Source of the DNA: Neophaeotheca triangularis
Lineage: Eukaryota
NCBI GenBank assembly: GCA_054600435.1
Contig: BAAIJX010000018.1
Coordinates: forward strand, 124,001-188,000
DNA length: 64,000 nucleotides
Reading direction: 5' to 3'
The notes under the pieces are model-generated. The model did no database searches and was not told the DNA's origin. It worked only from the letters and a program-made list of their open reading frames with translations. A program made the translations under genes and the position numbers. Below, in pieces: positions 13,994-25,646 of the stretch (positions are counted from its first letter, which is position 1; each line of letters starts with the position of its first letter).

Positions 13994-15231
13994 TCAAGCG
14001 GCAGTTCGCACGGAATAGTCGTTATCTGGAAGAACGACCTCTGGCCGCCTGTCTCTGCCGTCGTCCCGAGTCACCTCGCCTCAACCCATCGTGGGCTCCC
14101 CTTTGCCTTCACTGGAGCGAAATCCAACGAAACTCCTTATGCCCCAACATAGACCACCTTCCCCTCGATCAAGTCGAAACAATGTTCGTGACGTGGTCCG
14201 AAACCCTGACAGGGATGTCGGTCATCAAGGCCATCAATTCAATTCAGCACACAGATCGCAAAGCGTAGCGCAACCGTCAGCGAGCATGAAGCATCCAGGT
14301 GCAAATCAGTGGGTGGAATGGCGAGAGGTAAACGCCAGTGATTCGGGTTTGAGGAGCATAGGCCTGTAAGTTCAGGGCTGCGTCCGGAGTCAGCAACCGA
14401 CCGGATGGCAAAGGCACGAAAACGTGCGACTCCACCGTGACTGTATACAGCGTAGACGCAGCTTGCCGGCTATGGAGTGGCGCAAGTCACGATAGGTCCG
14501 GCGTGTCGAGTAAGGAGATGGCTGATCACATCAGCTGTCCCCCTATCCCAGAAACTTTTCAGAGACAAAACAACGCGAGCGCGTAAACACATGTTCAAAT
14601 TGCTTGCCTCGAAACTCAACCTTGTTGCTCAGTACGTCTAGGACACCTACGCTGACTGATCTAAGTCACACCGATGATCTCGCGTCTAGGTCGAGTCCTC
14701 TATGGTCTCTTCTCTGTCCCAGCTAACCTGGACACAAGTCTACGAGCTGAAAGATCTCCCAGGCCTATGGTCACATAGACGACAAGTTGGTAAAGTAGGG
14801 ATTCGCTGGACAAGACATAGTAATGAACTTTCACTAAGAAGGCAAGCCATCGGGAGTTGGGGAATTCATGGTTTGAGAGGGCTTTCATTTTCGCATTGCC
14901 TAATGCTCGCTTCCGTGGCGGATCGTACCATGGCACACGCCTTACGCTGACCTGCAACTCTAGCCCATTCGCTCCTCTGTTCACCCACCGGGGTTTTGTG
15001 GTCTTCCTCGTCCTCCAGATCTAGCTAAGATCGGCATCCGTAGAGTGGTCTGCCTGGGCGGACAATCTACTGCGATTCGCTGCTCTTGCGCCATCTGGCG
15101 TCTTCGCCACTGCCATCGAGAAGCGGAGAAAGCATGGTGCATATCTCGTCGCTGGAGAAACGCATGCGAAGGCGGCGTCCTCGACCCTAAGGGCCGGCGT
15201 AGCGTATTTCCTAATCATCAGCGCAAACCGT

Positions 15232-17104
15232 TCATCCGTCTTCCGAAGTTGGTTTGTACATGATTGTCGTGAGGAACTGCCCAGAATGTCAGCTGCAGTT
15301 GATGCAAGACGGGTCACGAATGGGGAACATGGACACTCACCTTCCGCTTATACCTGGTAGTACCGCTGGTGGCCAGTACTCCGTTCTTGATGCTGCTCGT
15401 CGCCAAATGGTTCAGAACAGTATGATTCGGCATGATCAGCACGCTCGCGTCGTCCTTGTGAGGCGTGGCGCCGTTGAGAATGCTCTTGCTCAGAAACATT
15501 GGCAGCGAAGGCGGCTGTGGAAGAGCGTTTATAACTTTGGATGCGCGTGAGAATGCTGGATCGTTGGGGATGCTGTAACGATCGAGATCGGCTAGGAAAG
15601 AGGGAATCTCTGAGGTGTATTTCGGGCGAGGGGCTTGTGGTTTTGGTTTCGGTGTTGATGGCTTCGGCCCGGTTGACTGCTGAGGTGTCTGTGACGCCCT
15701 AGTGCGTGGCGAGGGTGAGGAAATGGGTGATCGGATTGATTGCTGTTGTGCCTGCTGCTGCTGGCCTGGAACTTGGTGGTGTGCTCTTTTTCCTGCAGCC
15801 ACGTCTTCGAGCGTGCTGGGCAGATCGGCCTCTGTCTCGGGTGCGTGCGCCTTCGTTCTGATATCCAACGGCCTGGCCGCGGGCTCAGACGTCCCCGTAG
15901 CCTGTCCAGCCGTGAGCGCGGCGCCGGGTATCGGCATGGGAACCGCTGGTGCCGGCTTCCCTGCCTCCTTCGGTAGTGGTGCAATGACCTCGATGTAATT
16001 CACCAAAATGTTCGTGTAGTCCACTGTAGTAGGCAAATCATTGGAAGTCTGCATATCACCGTCTACCAAGAATTTCAGGTGGTGCGTTCCGGGCCTGAGC
16101 GGCAGCGTCGCCGAGAAGCGATTGCGGTCCTTGTCCCTGTGCAGCTTGAATTTGCGCTCCCACTGCACGAACGTGCCTGTCACGTACACCTTGTCCCCTA
16201 CGCCTTTCCACTCCAAGACTGTAGGCACGTGAGGTGCCAGCGACTGCGCCGGGTCTACCGGGAAGTCGGCGTCTCCACCGTCGTCGTCATCGGCAGTCGT
16301 CGAGCTGAGAACGCTTGTGCGACGCGGTAGGGCGCCGTCCACTTCGTCATGATCCAATGGCGTGTTGAAATCGTGCGGGGAGATGATGGGAGATCCCGGG
16401 GTGTGTACCTCTTGTTCTATGGGCAAGGGCAGTCTAGGCGGCTTGTTATAGTTGCCGGGCGCATACTGGTAGGGAGAGTCTGATGGCGGGGGAGCCGAAG
16501 GCGCAAAAGAGCGCGTCTGAAACTGCTGAGCCGTTTGCTGAGGCACCTCGAGCGGGTGTGCGGAAGGGGATGCTTCTGGCTGGGTCTCGGGCGCAGCGTG
16601 GGTAGTGGCGGGTGTAGGCAGGGTGGCATCTTGCGGGAGTGTCTTGGATCTCGAAGGCCGCCTCGGCGTCTCGCGCGACTGTTCGTTGCCCATTTGCGAC
16701 GAGGGTTGCTTGCTCAGCGGTTCGTTGAATGGTTGGCTAGTTGCTGCTATTCCTCCTCCTTGGCCGCCTACGGATCTGGCGCGTGAATGGGAACCCTGTG
16801 TGGCGCTGCTTTGGCCTTGTTGACTGTGTGAGGAGGGGAAAGTGTGGGGGGAGGCACGGGAGAACTCACCAGTCGAGTGGTGGACAAGTGTCGTGGCTGG
16901 TGGTGTCGGCTTCCCGGCGGCGTGAGAAAGCGCAAGGGCACCGACTGCAATGCTCTCGCGTCGGCCTTGTCTTGCACCCTGACCTACACCTTCCGAGGGA
17001 GTTGTCCTTCTCGAGTCCGCTCCGCCGCGGGAGTGGTGAGGGGGACGGGCGGTGGTGGGCGACTGCGGGTTGGAGGGTGAGCCGTTGGAATGCGAGTTGC
17101 CCAT
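15232..17104 (-). CDS. GAL83: SNF1/AMPK beta subunit (Gal83/Sip2-like)
   Basis: MGNSHS myristoylation-type N-terminus, CBM48 (VYVTGTF..W...GTHHLKFLVDG) and ASC domain (PNHTVLNHLATSSIKNGVLA..TTRYKRK). Intron 15277-15340 is followed by the final exon FLTTIMYKPTSEDG*. Confidence 0.93.
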
Positions 17105-17613
17105 GATGATGCTCTGATGCCCTGATGCTGCCCTTTCCTTGCGGGATTACCTATGGAATGGCAGGAGGAAGGAGCATTACGTAGAGCGTACCACGAACGG
17201 ACGGGGGGCGAGGAGGAATAGCAATAGGAAATAGGACAGACACAGTATGATGCAGTGTAGTACCTTATCTAAGGTAAGGTAGGTAATAGTAAGGGAGTAT
17301 TGAGTGAGTTGATAATAACCATCGTCACCTCAGGCAACATTACTACCGCCCACTTTGAGGTGCCCACTGTGCCCACTGCCCACTACCCACTGCCCAGTCC
17401 CACCCCACCTGCCCGCTTACCACCTGCACGGGCTGACATGATGCATCTCCCGAGCTCACTTTACGGCCACCGAGCCACCATCTTCGCTTGTGTCGCTGCA
17501 TGCCATGTGTGGATAAGGTAGCCTCCGTTCGGATCCGCACTCTTGCATGAACATCCATGGAATTATATTATTATTATTCATTTCCGGCAGGCGCCGAACC
17601 ATTGACCTGAGCC

Positions 17614-17692
17614 ATCTTACCTTATCTTATTTTATTCTATCTTACCTTATCTTATCTCATCTTATCGTATCATATCGTATCATACCTATCGT
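17614..17692. repeat. Degenerate (TCTTA/TCGTA)n pentamer repeat
   Basis: atcttaccttatcttatttt...cttatcttatctcatcttatcgtatcatatcgtatc in the GAL83-TRM6 divergent intergenic region. Confidence 0.6.
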
Positions 17693-17852
17693 ATCTGATC
17701 CTTTCAGCAAAAAGTCCGATCCGATTATTGAAAGGTACCTTACTCCACTGTAACCTTGGAAGCTAAGGTATCGGATGAAGCAAGATGTGTTAGAGCACCT
17801 ACGGTTCAGTCAAATGAGAAAGTAGTGCCTACACACAGTGGCAATGGCAAAT

Positions 17853-19714
17853 ATGGACTCATCCCGCTCCGTCGTCCACCCCGACAGCTGGCTCTTCCTG
17901 CGCTTGCCCAACGAGCTCCTCAAACTCATCGAAATAAAAGCCAACACGTACGTATCACGAGCCTAGGGAACGAGCACGCCAACACGCCTATTCCCCTTTG
18001 CAGTCGCACGACGTCTCCTGCTGTCCCATACTGAGAATGGCGCAGGATCGTCGACCTAGGCAGGTTCGGCACGATTCCCACAAACCTCCTCCTTGGCCGG
18101 CCCTACTACTACACCTACGAAGTGCTCGACAGACGCGACAATGAAGCCCACTCGCGTCTACGGGTTGTACCACCAAGCGAACTCAATGCCGACATCGTCG
18201 CAGAAGAGGCTGCAGCTTCGGAAAATCGCGAAACTCCAACTGCAAGTGGAGGCGACACCAGCTCAGAGCCCATCGACCTGGTAGCCGACGATGGCACCGT
18301 GCTCGTCAAGAACAATCGCTTGACCATTGACGACGCCAGCCGACAAGCTCTTTCGCAAGCTGAGATTGAAGAGCTCAAAAAATCTGCGGGCGGCAAGGAG
18401 ATCATCGAGAGGATCCTCGCAAACCATGCCGGCTTGGCGGAGAAGACGAATTTTAGCAAGGCAAAGTACACTCTGCGCAAGACCAAAAAGTACTTGAAGA
18501 GATTCATGGTGCTGCCCATGGAGCTTGGGACGCTGCTGAAGTATGTCGCCGAGAAGGAAGTCGGTAGGGTAATGGAGATGAGGGAGGAGACGCTCGGTTT
18601 CATCACAGCCATGAGCAATGCGCACTATTCCGGCTTTGATGCCGAGCTTGGCAAGAGTATGGAGGCAGTCGATAATGAGGCCGAGACAAATCAGGAGAAA
18701 GTTGGTGGTGGGCGATGGCTGGTTGTTGACGATGTCAGTGGACTGTTGGTCGCGAGCCTAGCCGAGAAAATGGGCATTCTGCATGCGCCGGCGAAGGGGA
18801 AAGCAGACGATGAAACCACGGACGAGCCCGAGACAAACAGCGAAGCACTGGATGTGAACCAGGAGCACGCCCACCCCGTGCTAGATGAAAATCAAGACAC
18901 CACCATGGCAGACGATCAAGAGAACCCGGGCAAACCCCCGGTCCCCCGAGCAGTAAAACCATCCTTCGCCGCCGACTTCCCCATCCCAGCCGACTCCAAC
19001 ACCATCACCCTCCTCCACCCAGCCGCTCAACCCAACCTCTCTCTCCTCAAACACTTCGGTTACGACACCAACCAACCCAACGCCGCCCACCCCCTGCATC
19101 GACACCTAAAACCCCTCTCCTGGCTACAGCTCCTCCACCCCTCAGAAGACCCAACCTACAACGAACCCGCCACGCTCTCCGAAGAGACCCTCAATGCCAT
19201 GAAGAGCGGCAAACGCGGCACCTACCACAAAAAGCACCGCCGCTGGGCCCGATGCAAAGCCATCGTCGACGAGACGCGGCAGGGCAATTTCGACGGCCTG
19301 GTGGTAGCCTCATACATGGACCCTGCAACCATTCTCCCGCACCTCGTGCCTCTAGTGCGCGGCGGCGGGCACGTGGTCATCTACTCGCCGACGGTAAAGC
19401 CCCTGGCCGAAGTCGTCGACTTGTACTCGCGGGAGCGACGGACCGCTTACTTGCAACTGCTTTCCAACCAGCCGGCCGAGGCTATTGATAAGAAGGATTT
19501 CCCGGTCGATCCAAGACTGTTGCTCGCGCCCACGGTGCAGACGACTAGAGTCAGGGATTGGCAGGTTCTACCCGGCAGGAGCCATCCGAAGATGACGAGC
19601 AAGGGCGGGGCAGAGGGTTATGTTTTGAGTGCTAGGAGAGTGTTGCCGTTGGAGGGTGCTGTGGAGGCCAGGGGGAACTTTGGTGGGCAAAAGAGGAAGA
19701 AGCCGGCGACGTGA
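17853..19714 (+). CDS. TRM6: tRNA (adenine58-N1)-methyltransferase non-catalytic subunit Trm6/Gcd10
   Basis: LGRFGT.P...LLGRPYYYTYEV, DDASRQALSQAEIEELKK, KTNFSKAKY.LRK.KKY and R.WQVLPGRSHP.MTSKGG.EGY; intron 17948-18045. Confidence 0.92.
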
Positions 19715-19945
19715 TCGTGAGGAGCATGTGGTAGTCGCGGGAAGATTATACTTTTTAGATCTACCAACGAAACCCTAAGAAACCTGCAATCTACTCATTC
19801 AAATATGATACCTATGTTGCCTACCAAAATATCGTTTTTACAAACCAAAAGTTCTAAAACGACAGGAAAAAAAAACGTTTGTTGAGACAGCCCCAACCCT
19901 GAGAGAAAAAAGAGTTTTGTGCATAGGTTGGACCTATCGTCGGGG

Positions 19946-20031
19946 TGCGGGTGCCAGGATTCGAACCTGGGCTTCCTCGGAATCATCTTAAAGACCACAA
20001 CGAGACGTATTAACCCCTTTACCACACCCGC
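19946..20031 (-). tRNA. tRNA-His(GTG) with 14-nt intron
   Basis: Acceptor stem GCGGGTG/CACCCGC-A, anticodon arm TCTCG-TT-GTG-G[intron 19981-19994]C-CGAGG, T-arm CCAGG-TTCGAAT-CCTGG. Confidence 0.93.
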
Positions 20032-20855
20032 CAGCGTGAATTAGATCTACCGAGTAATCGGCCTTATTGTCTATATTGAGTTGTCAAGCAGAAAGGGCTG
20101 AGAGAAAAACGACAAAACTATGGGCGGGGGAATGCATTGTTGATCTCGCGCAGTTTTTCTTTCTCTTTTTCTTTTTGTCTTTTTTTGTTTTCAATATTTT
20201 GACGCTTGACTTAACGAGGTGGCACCTGTGGGCTCTTGCCTGCCGGTTCTGACTAGCGTAGTTGCCCATTTCATCCGCTTCCTGGTCCGTGGGTCCAATT
20301 CTCCCTTCACGTGGAATCTCCCGATTTGTCCACCTCCGTTCAATCAATCAATACTGCCACATTATTGCTCCCGAACATCTCATTCCCTCGTCACGGCATC
20401 AGGTGCTGCATTCTCAACATACGCCTGCTCGCCTTCCCGGCGAGCTTCCATTTCGAGTTCATGCAACTTGCATCATCTCTAACCCCCGTGTGCCCTTCTG
20501 TCACGGCGTCTCGTTCCCATGCGGGGACAAGACCAGCAATTGAGCCCTGCGACCCTGTTTCAATGACTGTGGGCCACAAATCTAGGATCGCCGGTTGACC
20601 AAGAGCAGCAGCCTTTGCCGAATGGCCACTTGCTTGCATTCCATGCTCAGGTGTGCGATGACCGCAGATATCCGCTGTTGCCATGCCCGCCCAAGCAAAG
20701 GGAAAGAGAGAGGCGCGCTCTCGGACTGACGTCTGTCGCTTGACGCGCCGTCTCGAAGGTCCTCAACCACACTCTCCTGCCCGAACGAGGCAGCCTCCTA
20801 CGCTTTTGAAAGCGTACCTTGTTGTGTATGATATTCCTTTCCCGATTTCCCCTTT

Positions 20856-21938
20856 TCACCCTCCGCTAGATCGTGACCCGCTAGACTCCCCTTGCTTTGC
20901 CAAGCTCCCGCTCCTCCTCCCCATCCTCAAAGCCGCATGCAAATCCAAGTGTTCCGGGTCGCCACTCTTGCTCCAATCCCGGTGCAGAGTGCCGTGATCT
21001 TGCAGTCGCATGTTCTGCGCCGTGATGAAGTCATCCTCAGCCCTCTGTCTCTGAGCCTGCCGCACATCCACAAAATCACCGCGGAAGCCGTCCGACCCGA
21101 GTGTCCCCATACGCTCTAGCTTGTGTTGCTTTAACTTGTCAAGTGCCGTCTTGAAATCGTCAAGGATGATGGTGTCTGTGAGGCACTTGAAGACGAAGGC
21201 AAGCTTCCAAAAAGGATTGACGCCATTTGGGAGATCGGGGTTGGAGAAGGCGTGGGTAACGGCGCAGATGTCAACGATGATGAATCCGAAGCTTACGATC
21301 ATGGACCCCAAAAGTACACCAAACCGCGGTGACACGCGCATGAGCTCCAGAAACCCAAATTCATAACGGGTCTTGATGTTGTACAGTAGATTGCAAATGG
21401 TGAAGATCCACCACGGATCGCGAAACAATGCTTCGTAGGGCCTCGTGTAGCGGAAGAGGTCCGATTTGCCAGAAAAGTAAAGAAAGTTGGCGACTATCTC
21501 CAGGACCCAGTATGGCTGGACGAGCGCCACGGTGGTGATATAGAAGATGCTGGTTTTCCTGCCCAAGAACGGTTTGTTCTTGATCCAGGCAATAACGTTG
21601 TGCAAGCTCCAACTAATGTTGAGCAGAATGGCGGTGGTAGATAGATACCAGTTGTAAACGGGTGGATCAGTGAAGATGAAAGTGCCGTGAAAACAGCCAA
21701 AAAGCAGCTCGACGAGAATCAATTTATGCAAGAGCACGCCACGGCGCATGTTTGCCAGAGTCAGGACGGCCATGATGATCAGGCTCCCGATCATGTAGCC
21801 CTGTGCCCAAGCCTCGATGATTGCGCCGTCGACGGTGTTTGGTTTTCCAACGTCGAAGACATGCCCGCTGCCGCTTTGGCGCGGCTCCAGCGTGACATGT
21901 TCTGGCAGTCCGGCGGAATACAGGGAAGGGGGCGGCAT
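20856..21938 (-). CDS. Fungal multi-pass integral membrane protein of unknown function
   Basis: Uninterrupted ORF from MPPPSLYS with about 6-7 hydrophobic segments (GYMIGSLIIMAVLTLA, LLFGCFHGTFIF, PWWIFTICNLLY, FWKLAFVFKCLTD) and a polar tail. Confidence 0.8.
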   Translation of the reverse strand: MPPPSLYSAGLPEHVTLEPRQSGSGHVFDVGKPNTVDGAIIEAWAQGYMIGSLIIMAVLTLANMRRGVLLHKLILVELLFGCFHGTFIFTDPPVYNWYLSTTAILLNISWSLHNVIAWIKNKPFLGRKTSIFYITTVALVQPYWVLEIVANFLYFSGKSDLFRYTRPYEALFRDPWWIFTICNLLYNIKTRYEFGFLELMRVSPRFGVLLGSMIVSFGFIIVDICAVTHAFSNPDLPNGVNPFWKLAFVFKCLTDTIILDDFKTALDKLKQHKLERMGTLGSDGFRGDFVDVRQAQRQRAEDDFITAQNMRLQDHGTLHRDWSKSGDPEHLDLHAALRMGRRSGSLAKQGESSGSRSSGG

Positions 21939-22270
21939 GGCTGCTTGGGGGCAGCCTGGAGAGGTCTTGACTCGGCCAGATTTACTGGCTGACTGCCGAG
22001 ACACCCTGTAGCATCGCGATTCCAATGTCGCGAGCGCAAGGGAGAGAGGGAGCGAGATGGAAGGTGGTAGTGACAGATTATTAGTAGTAGCAAGTACTGT
22101 AGTTAACGAGAATGAAAACGACCTCGGGAGAGCACGAGGCAAAAGATTGAAGAAAGTGATGAGAGCATGAAATGATGATGATAATAATAAGGGCTAATAA
22201 GGGCCTGTTCGCAAGGTCACCCGTCGACGCCTTCTTCCTCCGACCTTTGCTCGCCCACGCCCCACCCCAT

Positions 22271-22285
22271 TACTACTACTAGTAG

Positions 22286-22317
<32 letters not shown>

Positions 22318-22318
22318 G
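22271..22318. repeat. (TAC)n/(TAG) microsatellite
   Basis: tactactactagtagtactactactactac... Confidence 0.8.
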
Positions 22319-22840
22319 CCTAGCCCGAGCCTTCTTTCCGCAGGCCATCATGGCAGGCCCACGCGGTGCACGCCGTCCCGCCGTCCATATGTGCCCGTTT
22401 AGCCGTGCGGTCAAGTAATAACAACAAAACGTCGACGTCGACCTGGGTTAAATTAACAAATTGGCAGCTTTGGTGGATGCTCGGTGGATGCTAGTGGCAA
22501 TTTGGCCCACGGGGCTTTTAACCGTCTTAGTACTAGCACTGTAGCCGTGCGGCCCGGCTTGTTCCTCCGGCAGATGCTACCTACAGTACTACTAGTAGTA
22601 CTACTAGTAGTACCTAGGTATCTTTCTTCCTCCGTCACGTGCTCAGTCTGATCATTACTCAGCAGCAGCACCGTGTGAGGTCGTTCTATCAACCATTTCT
22701 TCCTGCCCGTCCTCTCCCTTCCCCCTTCCCCTCTCCACGCTCCCATTCTCTCTCATCCACAGCGGGGGGAGGCACGGCCGTGTCAAATTGTCCAGTTGCG
22801 CCAACAGTCCAACACGGCCCACGGGTTCTTAGCAGTGGCA

Positions 22841-22855
22841 TCTATCAAGGTGCTC
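22841..22855 (+). promoter_or_regulatory. Putative ZafA/Zap1 zinc-response motif 1 (TCTATCAAGGTGCTC)
   Basis: 15/15 match to the A. fumigatus ZafA consensus DYYVYCARGGTVYYY (consensus quoted from memory), about 200 bp upstream of the rps29 variant ATG. Confidence 0.7.
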
Positions 22856-22912
22856 CGTTTGCCTCCTTCATACACGTGACCATGGTTGTAGAACAAATGA
22901 GGTGCCTGGCCA

Positions 22913-22927
22913 GCCATCAAGGTGCTG
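22913..22927 (+). promoter_or_regulatory. Putative ZafA/Zap1 zinc-response motif 2 (GCCATCAAGGTGCTG)
   Basis: 14/15 match to the same consensus. It shares the 11-mer ATCAAGGTGCT with motif 1, and a TATATA follows at 22939-22944. Confidence 0.65.
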
Positions 22928-23045
22928 CCAAAGGTGTGTATATACACACACGGTAAGGATTCTTTTCTGGACACCCCCCCCTCTTCCCTCCCACATCCAC
23001 GACACCGACAAGTAAAAACATCACGCCCAAGCAAGACTCTCCACC

Positions 23046-23330
23046 ATGTCGCATGAAAATGTCTGGTACTCGCATCCACGCACATACGGCAAAGGCTCCC
23101 GGGGCTGGTAAGGCGGCCAGGATATTCGGTCACCAGGAAAGACACAGACTTACATCGCCCTAGCCGAGTGACGGGAGACAAGAAGAAAGCTGGTGTGATC
23201 CGCAAGTACGGCTTGAACATGTCGCGCCAGGCGTTCCGAGAGAAGGCTGAGGATATCGGATTCAAGAAGGTAGGATGCAACCAGAGCGTTTCCTACGGTA
23301 CGCGACTGACAGCCCATGAAGTTGCGATAG
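23046..23330 (+). CDS. RPS29: 40S ribosomal protein uS14/S29, Cys-depleted (putative zinc-independent) variant
   Basis: Exons 23046-23107, 23164-23269 and 23322-23330 (an alternative in-frame acceptor would start exon 3 at 23313). Translation: [58 protein letters not shown]. It has a CCACC-ATG context and GTAAGG/GTAGGA donors, and is absent from the ORF track. Confidence 0.92.
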
Positions 23331-24527
23331 ATGATGATTAGTAGAGCCAATCGATACATGGAATGAATGGTCTTTCGACAAGGAACATCGGGGTCGCCGA
23401 TCCTACTCGAACATGGAAGTGCCATGTGCTTTTGTGAGATTGCGTATCTTGCACAGAATTTGGTCAGCAGGAGGCACGTACAGGATGTCGACGTGGCTGG
23501 GCTGTTTGCTTGAATGCAGTCAGCAGATACCTACAGTAGGCATCTGAATGCCAAGGGAGATGCATACGTACCTTAGTGACTTTATCCTGTCACGCTTTTC
23601 CACCCATTCATCCATTGTTTCTGTGCTCATGTCGTTCGGCTCGGCTTGCCAGTCACGCTCAATAGGTAAGGTAATGTACCTACTCCATGTCCTGTATGCG
23701 AATGTGACGAGAATAGTTCATTTTGGCATGCGAGTGTGACGATGATCTTCAACACCACCCGTTGCCGGAACCTTGTAATACGGCATTAATATCATTATCA
23801 TTATCATATAACAAGGCGGCAACAGCCACCACAATCACAACCACAACCTAGTCTACAAGTACCTAACGCTGTCACTAACAGTCAACTTGCTCACGCTTGA
23901 GTCTAGACTCTAGACGCCTCCAGGGCTGTCTAAAGGACGTTGGTCGTTCTTTAACACCTCAATACAGCCACCTCGTATCGCCAGCTCTATTATAAGCAGA
24001 CTATAGCACGGCAAAATATTTCTTCCATTCGTTGACCTCCAAAGCCTGGCGAACGGCTCTCTTCTTTTCCACTTTCTGCAGACCCAGGCACAGGCAGGCC
24101 GACGCCGACGTAGATCAGCCTCGTTTTAACCTCCCAGGACACCCGCCGCTTACTGCATGTATGCACCGGAACTTCTGTCTAAAGCACGTCTGATGGACCA
24201 TCAGCATTGTGGCCGTCTGCTGGCACGGGTCCTTGTTACGCTCAGACCTGGTTTGCGTGAAGCGGCAAAACGACCACATCGAGGTCAATCATACAAGTGG
24301 GCACGCTATCGGAATGCAGTTATCATGGCCGTGCTCGATGCCGTCAGGTAGGCTTGCGTGAAACTCGTATTGGAGTTTTATTTGGCTTTTTCTTGCCTGG
24401 TTGCTACTCTTCCAAGGTTGTATATTAACCGCAATGGCTACCACAAAGATTCAAACATTCATTGACTCGAACCGCATTGGCCTAAACCGACACAATTCAT
24501 ACTCTCTTTTGGATCACCTGCATCGCT

Positions 24528-25646
24528 ATGGTCGTCTTCAAATCCCTGTTCGCTGTCCTCAGCCTGTTACTACAGCATATCGTTGCGAGCCCAGTCGCTA
24601 TACCAGAAGTTGAAATCGTCGCAAACTCCCTCACCAAACGATCAATCGGAGGACCGAAGCTAGGAGGCGTCAATTTCCCTGACCCAAGCATCATCAAGGT
24701 TGGGAACGCGTGGTATGCCTTCGCCACCAGGACCAAAGGCAGCAGTGTTCACATACAGGTAGCCAAGAGCACCGATTTCGAGAGGTGGACCTTGATCAAG
24801 GACCCTGCCGGCAACCAATACGATGCTCTCCCAGACCTGCGGCAAGCTCCTTGGGTCTACCAAGAGAACCCCGGCACATGGGCACCAGATGTCAACAGAC
24901 TAGCCGACGGGACTTTTGTAATGTAACCACCACCTCTGTGAAACTTGTGCTCAAGAGCTACAACAGCTTCGAGTACCAGGGATTGACTTCGTGGGCATCA
25001 CAGGTACTACAGCGCTAGAGTCAACTCAGACAACTCCAAACACTGCATCGGCGCCGCGACCTCAACATCAGTACTGGGACCGTACATACCCCAAGGCGAC
25101 AAACCTCTCCTCTGCCCTCTGGCTCGCGGCGGCGCAATCGACGCCTCCGGCTTCAAAGACAGCAACGGCCAGCGCTACATCGCTTACAAAGCCGACGGCA
25201 ACGCTCTCAGCAGCGGCGGTCCCTGCAACGCCGTGGCCCCGTACAAACCCACGCCGTTGATCCTGCAACCCGTCGCCGCCGACGGAATCACTCTCACCGG
25301 AAGCCCGACGACACTTCTCGACAACAGCGGCGCTCCAGACCAAGGCATTGTCGAGGCACCTTCGATCGGCAAGTTTGGGGATACCTATGTCCTCTTCTTC
25401 TCTTCCGGGTGTTTTGCGACTGGCGGCTATACCGTTAATTATGCTACTTCGTCTTCTGTCACGGGTCCTTATAGGCGTGCGGCACGGCCACTGTTTCAAA
25501 CCGGCGACTACGGGTTGAAAGCGCCGGGAGGCATGGATATTGCTGCTGATGGCGGCGATCATCTGCTTTTTCACGCCAACAACAACGGCGTGAGGAGTCT
25601 GTACCAGGCTGTCATTAGTGTCAAGGGGAATGTGGTAACTGCGTGA
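24528..25646 (+). CDS. Secreted glycoside hydrolase family 43 (arabinanase/xylosidase-like five-bladed propeller)
   Basis: Signal peptide and a KR site, then NFPDPSII, WAPDV, YYSA, HCIGAATS, GGAIDASGF and VEAPSI...YVLFFSSGC; intron 24923-25003. Confidence 0.9.

Noticed and set aside
13990..15230. Gene or ncRNA between MSW1 and GAL83
   Set aside because: No convincing ORF, snoRNA boxes or stable structure recognised. It is likely convergent 3'UTR sequence.
20032..20032. Genomically encoded G-1 on tRNA-His
   Set aside because: A single base matches by chance about one time in four, and eukaryotic G-1 is normally added by Thg1.
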